A stretch of DNA of 60,078 nucleotides, counting the filler, from Nemertoderma westbladi (lineage: Eukaryota > Animalia > Xenacoelomorpha): NCBI GenBank assembly GCA_032718475.1. It is 2 parts of 2 records of this genome, joined end to end, with 100 filler letters (N's around TTAATTAATTAA, not from the genome) between each part and the next. Parts side by side here need not be neighbours in the genome. Positions count along the whole stretch, not along the records: positions 28,661 to 60,078 come from JAUCBJ010005167.1; 1 more part is not named here. One strand, given 5' to 3'. The notes below the pieces were generated by a model, which saw nothing but the letters and a program-made list of their open reading frames with translations, was not told the DNA's origin and did not search any database. Each line of letters starts with the position of its first letter. Within the stretch, counting starts at the first letter, position 1. The position numbers and the translations under genes were made by a program. Shown piece by piece: positions 37,501 through 48,654 of the stretch.

Positions 37501-38676
37501 GATATCTCGTTACGTAAATGATTGTATCTAAGGTTGTTTATTCATTCTCTTGTCCCTCTTGTAAGGGGGGATACTCTATGTTGGACACATTATCCAACAC
37601 TTGTGTGAACGCGTTAGGTATGTACCGACGGGACCAAAGACGGTAGCGAACAGGGCAAGACTGAGCACAACCACATCATGAAGCTGCCTTTACGTTGACT
37701 GACTTCTGGCGTGAACTGTTTAAACATTTAAAAGTAATGCACGACACCCACTTCGGCCTGTTTTGCAAAAGCTTAGAATGTTTTATATACGCACATGCAA
37801 GCAGAGACGTGATTGGCGCAAGTTTGTGGTGCTGCTTCCACGTGGTTAGTTACTTTGTTTCTCTACCCGTTCTTTATCTCTTTGTATTTCTCTCTCGCGT
37901 CATTTCCTGGCTGAGCCTCTTGAGAAAGCCTTCAGCCTTCGGCCTACGGGGCGAATCCTACTCAGGGCGAACCCTATATCAGTTTACTGAGTCTATAGGA
38001 CCAGTTGCTTTTTGGTAGTATTTTTTACAGTGTAGTCCAGTACATATCTACTGGTACGTGTAATTTTTTTACTGTAAAGTAATTGAATAATTAAATAAAT
38101 ATTCATTAGTATGAACGACCAAAGTAGGCGAATTACAATGGAATAATAAGTAGATAGTATTAAACTATTATAAACTTTGGCATATCAAATGAAGCTTTAA
38201 AATTCGGGGTCGGTCTTCTTTGTTGTTAGTGGTTAGTATTAAACTCATGACCTACTGTACTATGGTAGGTCATATTAAACTATAATAAACTGTTGTTGCG
38301 AAATGCTGACAGGTTTTTATCATTCATTCATTTATTATTTGTTATCTCATTCGCATCGCGATCACAGCCTGTAAAATGTGACGACTATCTTATAGCGGGA
38401 GCTGAGCTGGCTGTCAGCTCTTGTTAACCTTATAATGGACCAGAATCTCTAAGGACTCAATTGAACCTGCACTTCAATTTGTTCAATATGATGTTTCTGA
38501 CAACTCTCCCTACCTAGGACTTGCTTCCTACACATCAACTTATACTGTAGTACTGTACATACAGTACCGGTACTAAACTATCAGCCTGCATTACACTAAT
38601 TAGATAACCAAACTGTATTAGACAACCTGCTGAAACCCGATTCTAACTTCCTTTTATTTCCTACTTTCTTTTACAG

Positions 38677-38794
38677 AAGTCGCTTTGAATGAGAAATTAC
38701 GCAGTTTAAACAAAGTCAGCGAGTGCCCTTGTCAACCTGGATACTGCCATTATGCCAACGGATTCGATGTCGTTATTGTTATTTTAAACCGCGT
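38677..38794 (+). CDS. Candidate exon of the + strand membrane protein gene
   Basis: Long polypyrimidine tract plus tacAG; GTAAGT donor; only one open frame, VALNEKLRSLNKVSECPCQPGYCHYANGFDVVIVILNR. Confidence 0.55.
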
Positions 38795-38934
38795 GTAAGT
38801 TAACTATTATCATCTTATCTGTCATAAATAATCTTAAAGGGTCAGTTTAAAAAGTCTATATCGCGGAATAGAGAAATACAGAATATATTATCTGAAAAAC
38901 GAGACATGGGTTGGGGTTAACAGTTATTACTATA

Positions 38935-39847
38935 AATTAAGGGGGGGGGGGGGGGGGGGGGGGGGGTGGGGGGGGGGGGCATACCCCCCCTCAGGTAAAA
39001 TTTTCAAATTGTTGTTTCTTTATTTCACGTAGAGCAGAATTTAATGAGAATCACAAATCTGAAAACCGCTTAGTGAGACCTCTTTCAGTTCTCGAGTTAT
39101 TACTGTTTTTCCGTATGACGGTCTGTCCGTCATACGTCTTGTAGGAAAGACCGACAGACAGACAGATAGACTTGATTCCACCAAAAATTAAAACTGACAT
39201 CGGAAATGAAATCAGCGACCCCGAAAACCCCAGTAATGAACATTTTAGGTCGTTGGTGTGCATCCTTCGTGCCAGAAATAATTAACCAACTAGAACACAG
39301 ACAGCAAATTTTGGCGGGACGGTTTAAACTTTGAAGGGCATTTTCTCGTAATGACATTTTTCATTTTCAAATTACTACTCCTCCGTCATTTTTCAACCAA
39401 TTTTCCTCGTTTACGGCTCATTCGAACGAGCTTTGGAAGCTCTTTAAAAGTTACTCTTATGGAATTTTGATAAATATTACCATTTTTTCTAATTAGCCAT
39501 TTTTAATTAAAAATATGATAATTAATTAATTATATTAATTAATTAAAATAAAATATGGCTAATTAAAAATTCTATAAGATAACTTTTGTAGAGTCGATCA
39601 CGCTGAGTCCAAAAAAGTTGGTTTCAAGAAATTTGGACCAAAATTGAGGGACTAGTAGCAATTTTAGTGAAATCTTTAATTCCGCCGCCAGCCGCTAGGG
39701 GGAGGCTACAAATTTTCAAATTTTACTATAAAGGCTATTTGGCCTTCCATACAGTGGTTGACCATGACAAAATAGCAATATTATCATTTAACACTAATTG
39801 ACAGCCATTTTAAAAAAAGGTTCATGGGGGGGTATACCCCCCCCCTT
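38935..39847. mobile_element. Non-autonomous repeat resembling DINE-1/Helentron-associated elements
   Basis: GACGGTCTGTCCGTC hairpin, (CAGA)n microsatellite, G-run/C-run palindromes near both ends; family call is by resemblance only. Confidence 0.35.
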
Positions 39848-40933
39848 AAGGGAAAGGAGCAGGTTTTAGTGACATTTCATTTTAACCAAAACAATAACCC
39901 AATAATCGATAGGCACTTGCACAAGTTACAGTTTTATTTTTCCCAGTATATAAATGAGCTCTTGCGTCGATTTTCCCCTGGATAGCCCCTATCTGGGGAG
40001 ATATTTACATATTTACTATGTGAGTAGCGAACTTGGATTTTGTAGGGCCTACCTATTGTTTATATTATATCAATATCATCATTATTGTCAGTTATTTCAG
40101 TGCTAATAATATTTTCTAAGGTTATCACATAATTGATTTGGTTTCTATAGTGATACTAAGTACACTCTACGGCGATTCCTATTGGACCTCAGATGGTACG
40201 TCCCTGGATACGACACTAGAACATGTCAGGCTGGGGCGACCGTGTTAATTGAAATGGAAAATACACAGGGAGAGCCGGTTGGTAATTAATTATTAAAAAT
40301 TTCACTCAAATCGATAATGTTTATTTTTGAATTTCACTTTACTACATTGTACAATATAAATCTCTCTGAGGATAGTGTGACAGATATTATAAATAGAATT
40401 CGTTAGTTAGTTTGGTTTATTGACATTATTAGGTTATATAGTTGACATGAGTGACATATGTGTTTCGGCAACTCGTTGTTGCATTTCGGCGAACTGAAGT
40501 CGCGTTTCGGTAACTAGTTATCGTATCTGTATCTGTAATGTATCTGCAACTGCACTCGTGTAAGTAAATTTTAAATGATGACAAGTTTAAGTAAGTTATA
40601 GTTATTGAAGGCAGAGTTGTTAACTGTTTGAGTTAGTTAGTTAATTTTAAATATACCCGCAGCTGAAGTTGTGGATGTAAGCGTTTGGAACTGGAGTCTG
40701 TCTGTCTGAAACACAAATCCCGTTTACAATTTCCAAGGGGAGTTTTTCTAATACAAAGCGAAGCGCACCTTGCTGGGCGGGGTTTACAGCTACAACTTCA
40801 GTAATAATTAATTTCAGTTAATATTTTGTTGAATTGGTACAATTTTTTTGAATGATTTTTTTGTAATATTTTGCTCACTCGGGCTTGCCGGTACAATATT
40901 ACGCTTACAAGGGGATATAGATTTCCACGACAT

Positions 40934-41224
40934 GTGTACAGTGGGTGTAAACGTTACGCCGACAGCCGACAACTGACAGCCGACAACCGACAGCTGACAA
41001 CCGACAGCCGACAACCGACAGCCGACAACCAACAACCGACAGCCGACAAGCCGACAACCGACAGCCGACAACCGACAGCCGACAACTGACAGCCGACAAC
41101 CGCAGCGACAACCGACAGCAGACAACCGACAGCTGACAACCGACAGCCGACGACCGACAGCCGACAACCGACCGCCGACAACCGTCTGCAGGCAACCGAC
41201 AGCCGACATCCGACAGCCTACTGC
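40934..41224 (+). repeat. Short interspersed element with (GACAGCC/GACAACC)n 7-bp microsatellite, copy 1
   Basis: Head tgtacagtgggtgtaaacgttacgcc; inverted second copy at 47133-47332; head fragment at 42961-42993. Confidence 0.8.
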
Positions 41225-41599
41225 AAATGCCGAGATTTCTGCCCATGACTATATTTCTCTTTCATTTATCGCCAGACCAATAAATAATTACCACCAATTG
41301 GAGTAATGGGCATTACTTGGACCAGGTCACCCGAAAGTATTTTCGGCAGGCTAATTATCTCGTACGTGTTTTTCTATATCAATTAAATTGTACAATAATT
41401 AAATTTCTTGGAAAAATAGACGAGATAAGGTCAGGTCTGCGTGTAATTCCCCCCCCCCCCCCCCCTCAAGATGTGGGAAGAACTAAAAATAAAACACAAT
41501 AAATATAATAAATGCAAGCTGTTATAATCATCGAATTAAAAAACATCGAGATAAATCATATATCGCAAAAAATAATCCCGAACCTGAAGTTAGATTGAA

Positions 41600-42406
41600 T
41601 CAAACCAAGACAAAATTTCGAATTCTTTCAATTTGAGCGCTGTCTAATTTTTTATATAAAGCATTATCAATGAACACGTCATTAACAGAAAATGCCGGGT
41701 ATTTAAAAACAACGCAGGTAATTTGAAGATGAAATGTTACAAGTTCTTTTCCAATGGTGAGTTTGATTTCATTATTGGATCCCAGAAAACTTCGACGATC
41801 CCAAGTTTTTAATACTAAATCTTCGGGGGAACAAAGGAGTTGTCCACTCGGACTCGACTTCCTAATATATCCTGAGCAACCATAGCAGCCATAGCAACCA
41901 TAGCAGCCATAGCAACCATAGCAGCCATAGCAACCATAGCAGCCATAGCAACCATAGCAGCCATAGCAGCCATAGCAACCATAGCAGCCATAGCAACCAT
42001 AGCAGCCATAGCAGCCATAGCAGCCATAGCAACCATAGCAGCCATAGCAACCATAGCAACCACAGCATTTGTACGCTTTGCCGTCATTTGTGGAACCTAC
42101 AATAAATTTCCCCGTATCTTCAGCTACTTTCATCTGCGCGACTGTAGGAACTTTTATTCTTCCCTTGCCTGTTTCCGGATCCCGGACCCTTTCTACTGTA
42201 CCAACTGTACTGTCCGCGGATAAGGCAGCGAGATTATCTAATGTCCAATGAGACTCCCACCAATATACGAATTTACAAGTTAAAAATAAGTTTTTGTTTA
42301 TCTGAGACTTTTGAGGCGTTTCCCGGCAATCTATTCGCTTTGTTTCTGCGACCTTTTCAGGAGTACAGGCACTTGAGAAACTCCTTTTTTTGTCAGCTTC
42401 ATTCAT
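41600..42406 (-). CDS. 268-aa ORF with a putative CxxC...HxxxxC zinc finger whose CxxC is expanded into (CYG)n
   Basis: Unique sequence open on both sides of the 9-bp repeat; YKC(xGC)nSGYI..PEDLVL..FHLQITCV..YPAF. Confidence 0.55.
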   Translation of the reverse strand: MNEADKKRSFSSACTPEKVAETKRIDCRETPQKSQINKNLFLTCKFVYWWESHWTLDNLAALSADSTVGTVERVRDPETGKGRIKVPTVAQMKVAEDTGKFIVGSTNDGKAYKCCGCYGCYGCYGCYGCYGCYGCYGCYGCYGCYGCYGCYGCYGCYGCYGCYGCYGCYGCYGCYGCSGYIRKSSPSGQLLCSPEDLVLKTWDRRSFLGSNNEIKLTIGKELVTFHLQITCVVFKYPAFSVNDVFIDNALYKKLDSAQIERIRNFVLV

Positions 42407-43014
42407 AATAAATATATGTATTTATGTGAGCAGGTCAAATTAAAGTTCACTTTATTAAGTTTATAATTGTTTATATATATAATAATTTTTATTATATTTT
42501 TATAATAATAATTAACAAACACAACACACCACTACCCCACGTGTGAATCACATTCAGATATGGCAATCACAATGGAGCGCGAATTTTGTTCCTATTGAAT
42601 GCTGATTACTCTCAAAAATAAAACTGTAAGCTTTTCTATTGTGTTTAGTTTCTCGTTTTGGTTAAAATAACGCGCCACTGTAACCTGCTCCTTTCCCTAA
42701 ATTGAGAATTAAACATTGAGGCAGGATATTAATTCGCAAAAAGATGGGATTTGCGTCTAGTTACTAATAACCACCCCCCCCCCCCCCCCCCCCCCCCAGT
42801 CCCACACATTCCATCCCATACAATTCCTGTATGTCAGGTTTTAGATTGCCACCTGCCAATATACTGTATATACATGTTCTCTGAACCAAGAGAATATTAT
42901 ACCGGCGTATTTGGGCGAATACGACAGGCAGTAGTACAATATTACAAGTACAAGATTAGTGGGGTGTAAATGCTACGCCAATAACCGACAACCAAATCCC
43001 AAAACCATTATTAA

Positions 43015-43346
43015 CGGCCCATGTGAAGAATACCAGACTTTCTGCCGTTATATTTCACTTTGCAGTTACCCCCATGTGAAGAATACCAGACTTTCTGCCG
43101 TTATATTTCACTTTGCAGTTACCCCCATGTGAAGAATACCAGGTTTTCACCAAAACCACAGGTTACAGAAGGGCTGAATCTAACCAAAACAATAAACGAA
43201 TTAGTATATGTACAGGTTATAAGACAGAAATAAGCGTTATAAAACACTTAATAAAGATAAATTAAAAAAAATAAAAAATCTTCATATATAAAATTCCAAT
43301 AAAAAGTCGACCGAAAAGTGAAATCCAGGTATTCTTCACATGGGCG
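43015..43346. mobile_element. MITE of the GCCCATGTGAA-TIR family
   Basis: Ends CGGCCCATGTGAAGAATACC / GGTATTCTTCACATGGGCG; TSD TTATTAA (43008-43014 and 43347-43353); internal 53-bp tandem repeats containing the TIR. Confidence 0.85.
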
Positions 43347-43494
43347 TTATTAACGGTACGGTAATTAAATAACAACAATAAAAAGAGCAATTTGGTGAAG
43401 GAAAATATTCATAAACCATTGGTAATCATTTCTAATACTGTAGTAAGTAATCTTCTTTACACTTCCAATATAATTGAAAGATCAATTTACTTAA

Positions 43495-44961
43495 GGGCAC
43501 CAGACCATAATTATACGCTGCCCTAGACGATAAGTTAAAAATAACAATTTTCATGTACCTGTATCTCAAGAATGGCTCGACCAATTGGTCTGAAATTTTC
43601 ACCACATAGTTTGTGATAGATGATCTCCATTTAGAACTACAATCAGTGAGATGTTCTCTAGATCTCCATGAAACCATTTTTTTGCCATAAACTGATACCC
43701 AGAAATTAATGATTCTAGTTCCAATTAATGCATAACGTTCACAGAAGCAACACAGAAAATTTTAGCCAAAACCATTCAGGGGTTCTTCAGATATAGGTAC
43801 ATGAGCAATCCATCCTTCGCGAAAACATGATTCCGAGTAAATCAAGTTTAAAGTTCGGAGTTTAGAAAAAATGACTAAGAGTAAAATATAACATATATAA
43901 TGCGATTTCTCAAGATTCAAGAGGTATTAGGTGATATAAATGATGACTATGATGACTGAGAGAGCTGTTGGTAAAGGATGGTTCAACATTATTAACTAGA
44001 ATTGACAAGCCCCATATTCACTATCATCTTCTTCATCGACTCGCTTCTTCCTTTTGTTGTCTCCTTTTGAGGAAGATTCTATCTTAAATAATTCACTATT
44101 GGCTTTGTCTACTCGAATTCTATCAAGATAAGAGAGACCATTCATACAATTAGATCCAGGAACAATTCCCATATTCTTGAGAACATGAACTCATGTTAAG
44201 TTATTCGATTGGAGCAAGCCTTGAGTGTCCGATTGCTGATCAAAACTGATCTTTGCTGATCATGGTCAAGATCATGATCTGATCGCTCCAAAAAAAATTA
44301 TTTGAAGGTAAATCCATATGCTGCCTATCGATTGGCGCCGGTCCCAAGTCCGTAGCATTAGCGGTTCTGGAGATAGTTGCATAGCAACGAGGTTGCTAGG
44401 GAGGCTGACTTTTTGACTCAAATTGGCCCTAGACGGAGAACCGTAGACTTTTGAAACGTAATGTATATGGGAAAAAGTCTTCTAGATAGATTTTGGGGGG
44501 GGGGGGGGGTCTAGGAACATCCTATTGTTGGTTTTCGCTTAGTTTCCGAGAAAACCTTCTCCCTGAAATTCCGCGGAATCTATAAAGGCCTCCGCATGAC
44601 TAGTTCCGTGGCCGGGCACGGATTCGAGTTCTCCGAACATGATAACCTACGGTTGGATAACCTCATGAACTCGTTTACAATACTTTTTAATAAAATTAAC
44701 AACCTTATTTTAACTATATAAGGCTTCAGGAGGGGAAGCAAAGGGCTTTCAGTGGAGTTGAGCGGTATCAATAATCTACGGACATATAATATTTTTGGAT
44801 CGGAGACATGCGACTAGCTTCAATTGAAGAGGAATATCTCGAGTTTGAGAAAAGATATCGAAAAACGGATTTCACCAGAAGAATCAGCATAAAATTTTGA
44901 CCCAAATTAGCTTAAAATCGAAAATTTCATTTTTTAGTCATATAATTATGGTCTGGTGCCC
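43495..44961 (-). mobile_element. Kolobok-like DNA transposon, internally deleted
   Basis: Perfect 21-bp TIR GGGCACCAGACCATAATTATA, TTAA on both sides, purine termini; minus-strand remnant VLKNMGIVPG...LDRIR...EEDDSEYGACQF* (about 44190-43996) resembles a Kolobok transposase C-terminus. Confidence 0.8.
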
Positions 44962-45282
44962 TTAATAGCACTCACTAGCTGCCTAACGAAACAGGCTGGC
45001 ACGGTTAAGCATTGTATTAGTTTGCTTGTAACATGCTCCTGTTACTATGGATACTAAAACAACACAACCCGCCAATGACGTTAACTTTCCAATTGGGCCC
45101 TTATGGGACTACTCATTGAACGTATTGCATTCAATTGTACTGCATAATAAGGGTAGCAATGTAAAAAAAAATAAAATGTCACACAGTATACCATGTGTGT
45201 CCCCGAATATAGTGTCGTAATTCAGTGACCCCCCCCCCCCCCCCCCCCCAACCGCCCCCCTAAATTTTCTACAAATCGTAAT

Positions 45283-46820
45283 ATATATTTATTAATAACG
45301 CCTGGTGTGGCACAATGTACAGTACAAAATTCCAAGTAAAATAAAATAAATAGATTGTAGTATAATGTATGGTTCATATAGTTAAGAAAAATGTAGAATT
45401 TTAAAATTGGATTATTAATTCATTGTAAAAACTGGTCGGGGGGGGGGGGGCTATTCGGCAGAGTTCGCCCATTTGGAGAGGGAGGCGGTATTCTGTGGGC
45501 AGTCTAGCAGGTGGTACGTTGTAGCCGTGAGTCCGCATAGTTTACAGGTGCAGGAGTCTATGGGGACGTGGAAGGAGCGGTTCGTGCAGATACGGTGGTG
45601 AAAACCGTGCACGCTGAAGCGCGTGGTCACGTGCCGCTGTCTACGGTTTGGGCCACACCAACTGCGGTCAGTGAACCCGAGCGACTGCCAGAAACCGGTG
45701 GGGATTTCGCTGGTTTTGAGAGCTACGATGTCCCTGTAGCTATTATAGTTTGCAGTTAGTGGAAGACGGAGTTTGGAGACGATGTCTGCGACGAGAGTCC
45801 GTTCATTACAGAGTGCAATGACTAGCCGGTTGTGGGTTGACTTGTGTAGGCAAAGCGCTTTCTTTAAGTAAGTAGATTTAATCTTGTTTTTTCTTATTTT
45901 TATTTTCTTTTCTTATGTTGTTTCTTCTATTTAATCTTGCTACAGTAAGGAACGGCCAGATTTCCCTGCAACCATAGAGGACGATTGGTAAAATCTTTAT
46001 CTGGAACAATTTGATAGATGTAGTAAGTGATAGCAGTTCGGGTTTGTTAATTGAGTGGATGGCCATGATTGCTTTGCACATAGTTGCCGCTACATGCTTC
46101 GAGAAACTTAGAGTCGTCTGCAGGGTGATGCCGAGATATTTGTAAGAGTTGACAATCTCGACCGGGTTTCCGTTGTACGTGAACTTGTCGGCGTTGGCGC
46201 GGCGACCGCCACGACGGAACTTCATGATTTTGGTTTTCGTTAGGTTCACGTCGAGACCGTCTTTTGCCGACCAAACTGCGACTGCGTCGAGCCCGGCCTG
46301 CGCTGCCTCCCGGGAGTCTCCGTAAAACAAGAGATCGTCGGCGAAGAGCAATATTATGAGTTTACCGATGTGGGCAATTGCACGTTTAATGTGGCTGACA
46401 ATGTCAAATCTGAACAGAATAAACAGCAGGGGGCTGAGACTGTCTCCCTGAAGAACTCCCCGTGTTTGCTCGACTATTTTCGACTTTCTGAGGCCGTCGA
46501 AGATTTGTATGTAGTTGATCTTTAAGATGCATTTTATTAACGTATAAAGGTTGCCCCTAATGTTGAAATGAAACCGGAGTTTAAATAGTAACTTGGATCT
46601 GGGTACTGAATCGAATGCTTTGCGGAAGTCAATATAAACAGTGTATAATGGCTTCTTAGGAGAGGATAGATTCTCGTGAATTTGTTTTATTAATTGTGAT
46701 AATGGCATTGTTGTGGACTTTCCCGGCATAAATCCGAACTGTTCAGGTGGGATACGGTGGGAAACACGACTGCGGACACGTTTCTCTACCAGACTCGTTA
46801 GGATTTTGAAGGCGTTGCAG
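45283..46820 (-). pseudogene. 5'-truncated non-LTR retrotransposon (RT plus C-terminal Cys/His domain)
   Basis: EQFGF, YIDFRKAFDSV, GVLQGDSLSPLLF, FADD, YKYLG; after a frameshifting A-rich insert, RFSVHGFHHRIC..CKLC..YHLLDC*; AATAAA plus AT tail; flanking repeat TCTACAAATC (45268 and 46839). Confidence 0.88.
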
Positions 46821-47132
46821 AGCAGATCTTAATGTAAATCTACAAATCTTAATGAGATTTCATGAAACTGGGATAGTTTCATTTCCCTACCTCTTACTGG
46901 GTGAACCAGAATTTTTATTTTTGCTTTCAATCTCTAGCTACAAGCGTTTAAAAAAAGTGTCTCCGTCGATATTGCACCAGTTACACCGCAGTTATTCTTC
47001 TACCTTATAGCTGTTACTTGGTACTGCTAGAAAGCTGGCCATGCAAGGATTCTAAATATGTAGCACAACCTGAATTTCGTTGAAAAATAGCTGAGGCGGG
47101 CTTTAAAAACTTGCATGGTTTTGCATCAGTGC

Positions 47133-47332
47133 ATCGGCTGTCGGTTGTCGGTTGTCGGCTTTCTGCTGTCGGTTGTCGGCTTTCTGCTATCGGTTGTCGG
47201 CTTTCTGCTGTCGGCTGTCGGTTGTCTGCTGTCGGTTGTCGGCTTTCTGCTGTCGGCTGTCGGTTGTCGACTGTCGGTTATCGGCTGTCGGTTGGTTGTC
47301 GGCTGTCGGCGTAACGTTTACACCCGTGTACA
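47133..47332 (-). repeat. (GACAGCC/GACAACC)n element, copy 2 (inverted)
   Basis: ggcgtaacgtttacacccgtgtaca is the reverse complement of the copy 1 head. Confidence 0.8.
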
Positions 47333-47584
47333 GTAGTAGCCTTAACTTTGATTTTATGGATTAAACATAATAACAATAATAATAATTCATTTATTGTTGT
47401 CATTTATAGTCAGTAGTGTTGAAGTAGGCGTGGGTAAACTAAAGTAAAATGAAATTCAATAATGGGAAACGTAATGAGGCAAAGGTAATAATCTATACTC
47501 TAGGCTCTATACAGTATCCAGTTGGCCTTTGTTTACGAGTTGGCGAAACGTATCTATCAGTTTGCCTAAGCGCATCCTGTTAAC

Positions 47585-48285
47585 AGTTGCCGAAATGCAA
47601 CTATGAGTTGCCGAAATGAAACTATGAGTTGCCGAAATGAAACTATGAGTTGCCGAAATGAAACTATGAGTTGCCGAAATGAAACTATGAGTTGCCGAAA
47701 TGAAACTATGAGTTGCCGAAATGAAACTATGAGTTGCCGAAATGAAACTATGAGTTGCCGAAATGCGACTATGAGTTGCCGAAATGAAACTATGAGTTGC
47801 CGAAATGAAACTATGAGTTGCCGAAATGAAACTATGAGTTGCCGAAATGAAACTATGAGTTGCCGAAATGAAACTATGAGTTGCCGAAATGAAACTATGA
47901 GTTGCCGAAATGAAACTATGAGTTGCCGAAATGAAACTATGAGTTGCCGAAATGAAACTATGAGTTGCCGAAATGCGACTATGAGTTGCCGAAATGAAAC
48001 TATGAGTTGCCGAAATGAAACTATGAGTTGCCGAAATGAAACTATGAGTTGCCGAAATGAAACTATGAGTTGCCGAAATGAAACTATGAGTTGCCGAAAT
48101 GAAACTATGAGTTGCCGAAATGAAACTATGAGTTGCCGAAATGAAACTATGAGTTGCCGAAATGCGACTATGAGTTGCCGAAATGCAATGTTGCCGAAAC
48201 GCAACATTGCATGTTGCCGAAACGCGACTATGATTTTCCGAAACGCGTCTCTAAAGCTACTATGAGTTGCCGAAACGCGATAACA
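47585..48285 (+). repeat. 21-bp minisatellite AGTTGCCGAAATGAAACTATG (about 29 regular copies plus degenerate ones)
   Basis: Direct reading; a diverged inverted relative lies at about 40460-40520. Confidence 0.95.
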
Positions 48286-48361
48286 CCCCTAAAATCTACC
48301 AAATATAATATAAATTTAGTAGCTAGGAATTTATATTTAATTCCGATCGTTTGTCTCGCAG

Positions 48362-48501
48362 ATTGAAATAGTCACTGGTATGAATTTCGAGTTAACCGCT
48401 TCGGAGATCAGTTCATCGTTTCTTTCTCTCATAGACATTGGTAACCTGGATACCACGCTAGTGGAAGCTGTGGATGAACTTTATCCAGTCCTTGTTAACA
48501 G
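48362..48501 (+). CDS. Exon of the + strand single-pass membrane protein (extracellular part)
   Basis: tcgcAG / GTacgt; IEIVTGMNFELTASEISSSFLSLIDIGNLDTTLVEAVDELYPVLVN; ends in phase 2, matching exon 56650. Confidence 0.65.
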
Positions 48502-48654
48502 GTACGTAAGTACCCGTACCAGTACTGTAAAATATAAAGAGATATATAAATGGATTGATATTCTTTTTTAAATATATTCAATGTATTTATTACCCATAGC
48601 TATCATAGTTAAGGCTAACTTAACACCAAACCCGCTAACTTTCCCAGATAATAG

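Noticed and set aside
47566-48265. MSCRNET / FRQLIVS repeat ORFs; likewise 40814-41246, 47111-47364 and 54915-55850
   Set aside because: Artefacts of tandem repeats with no unique coding flanks
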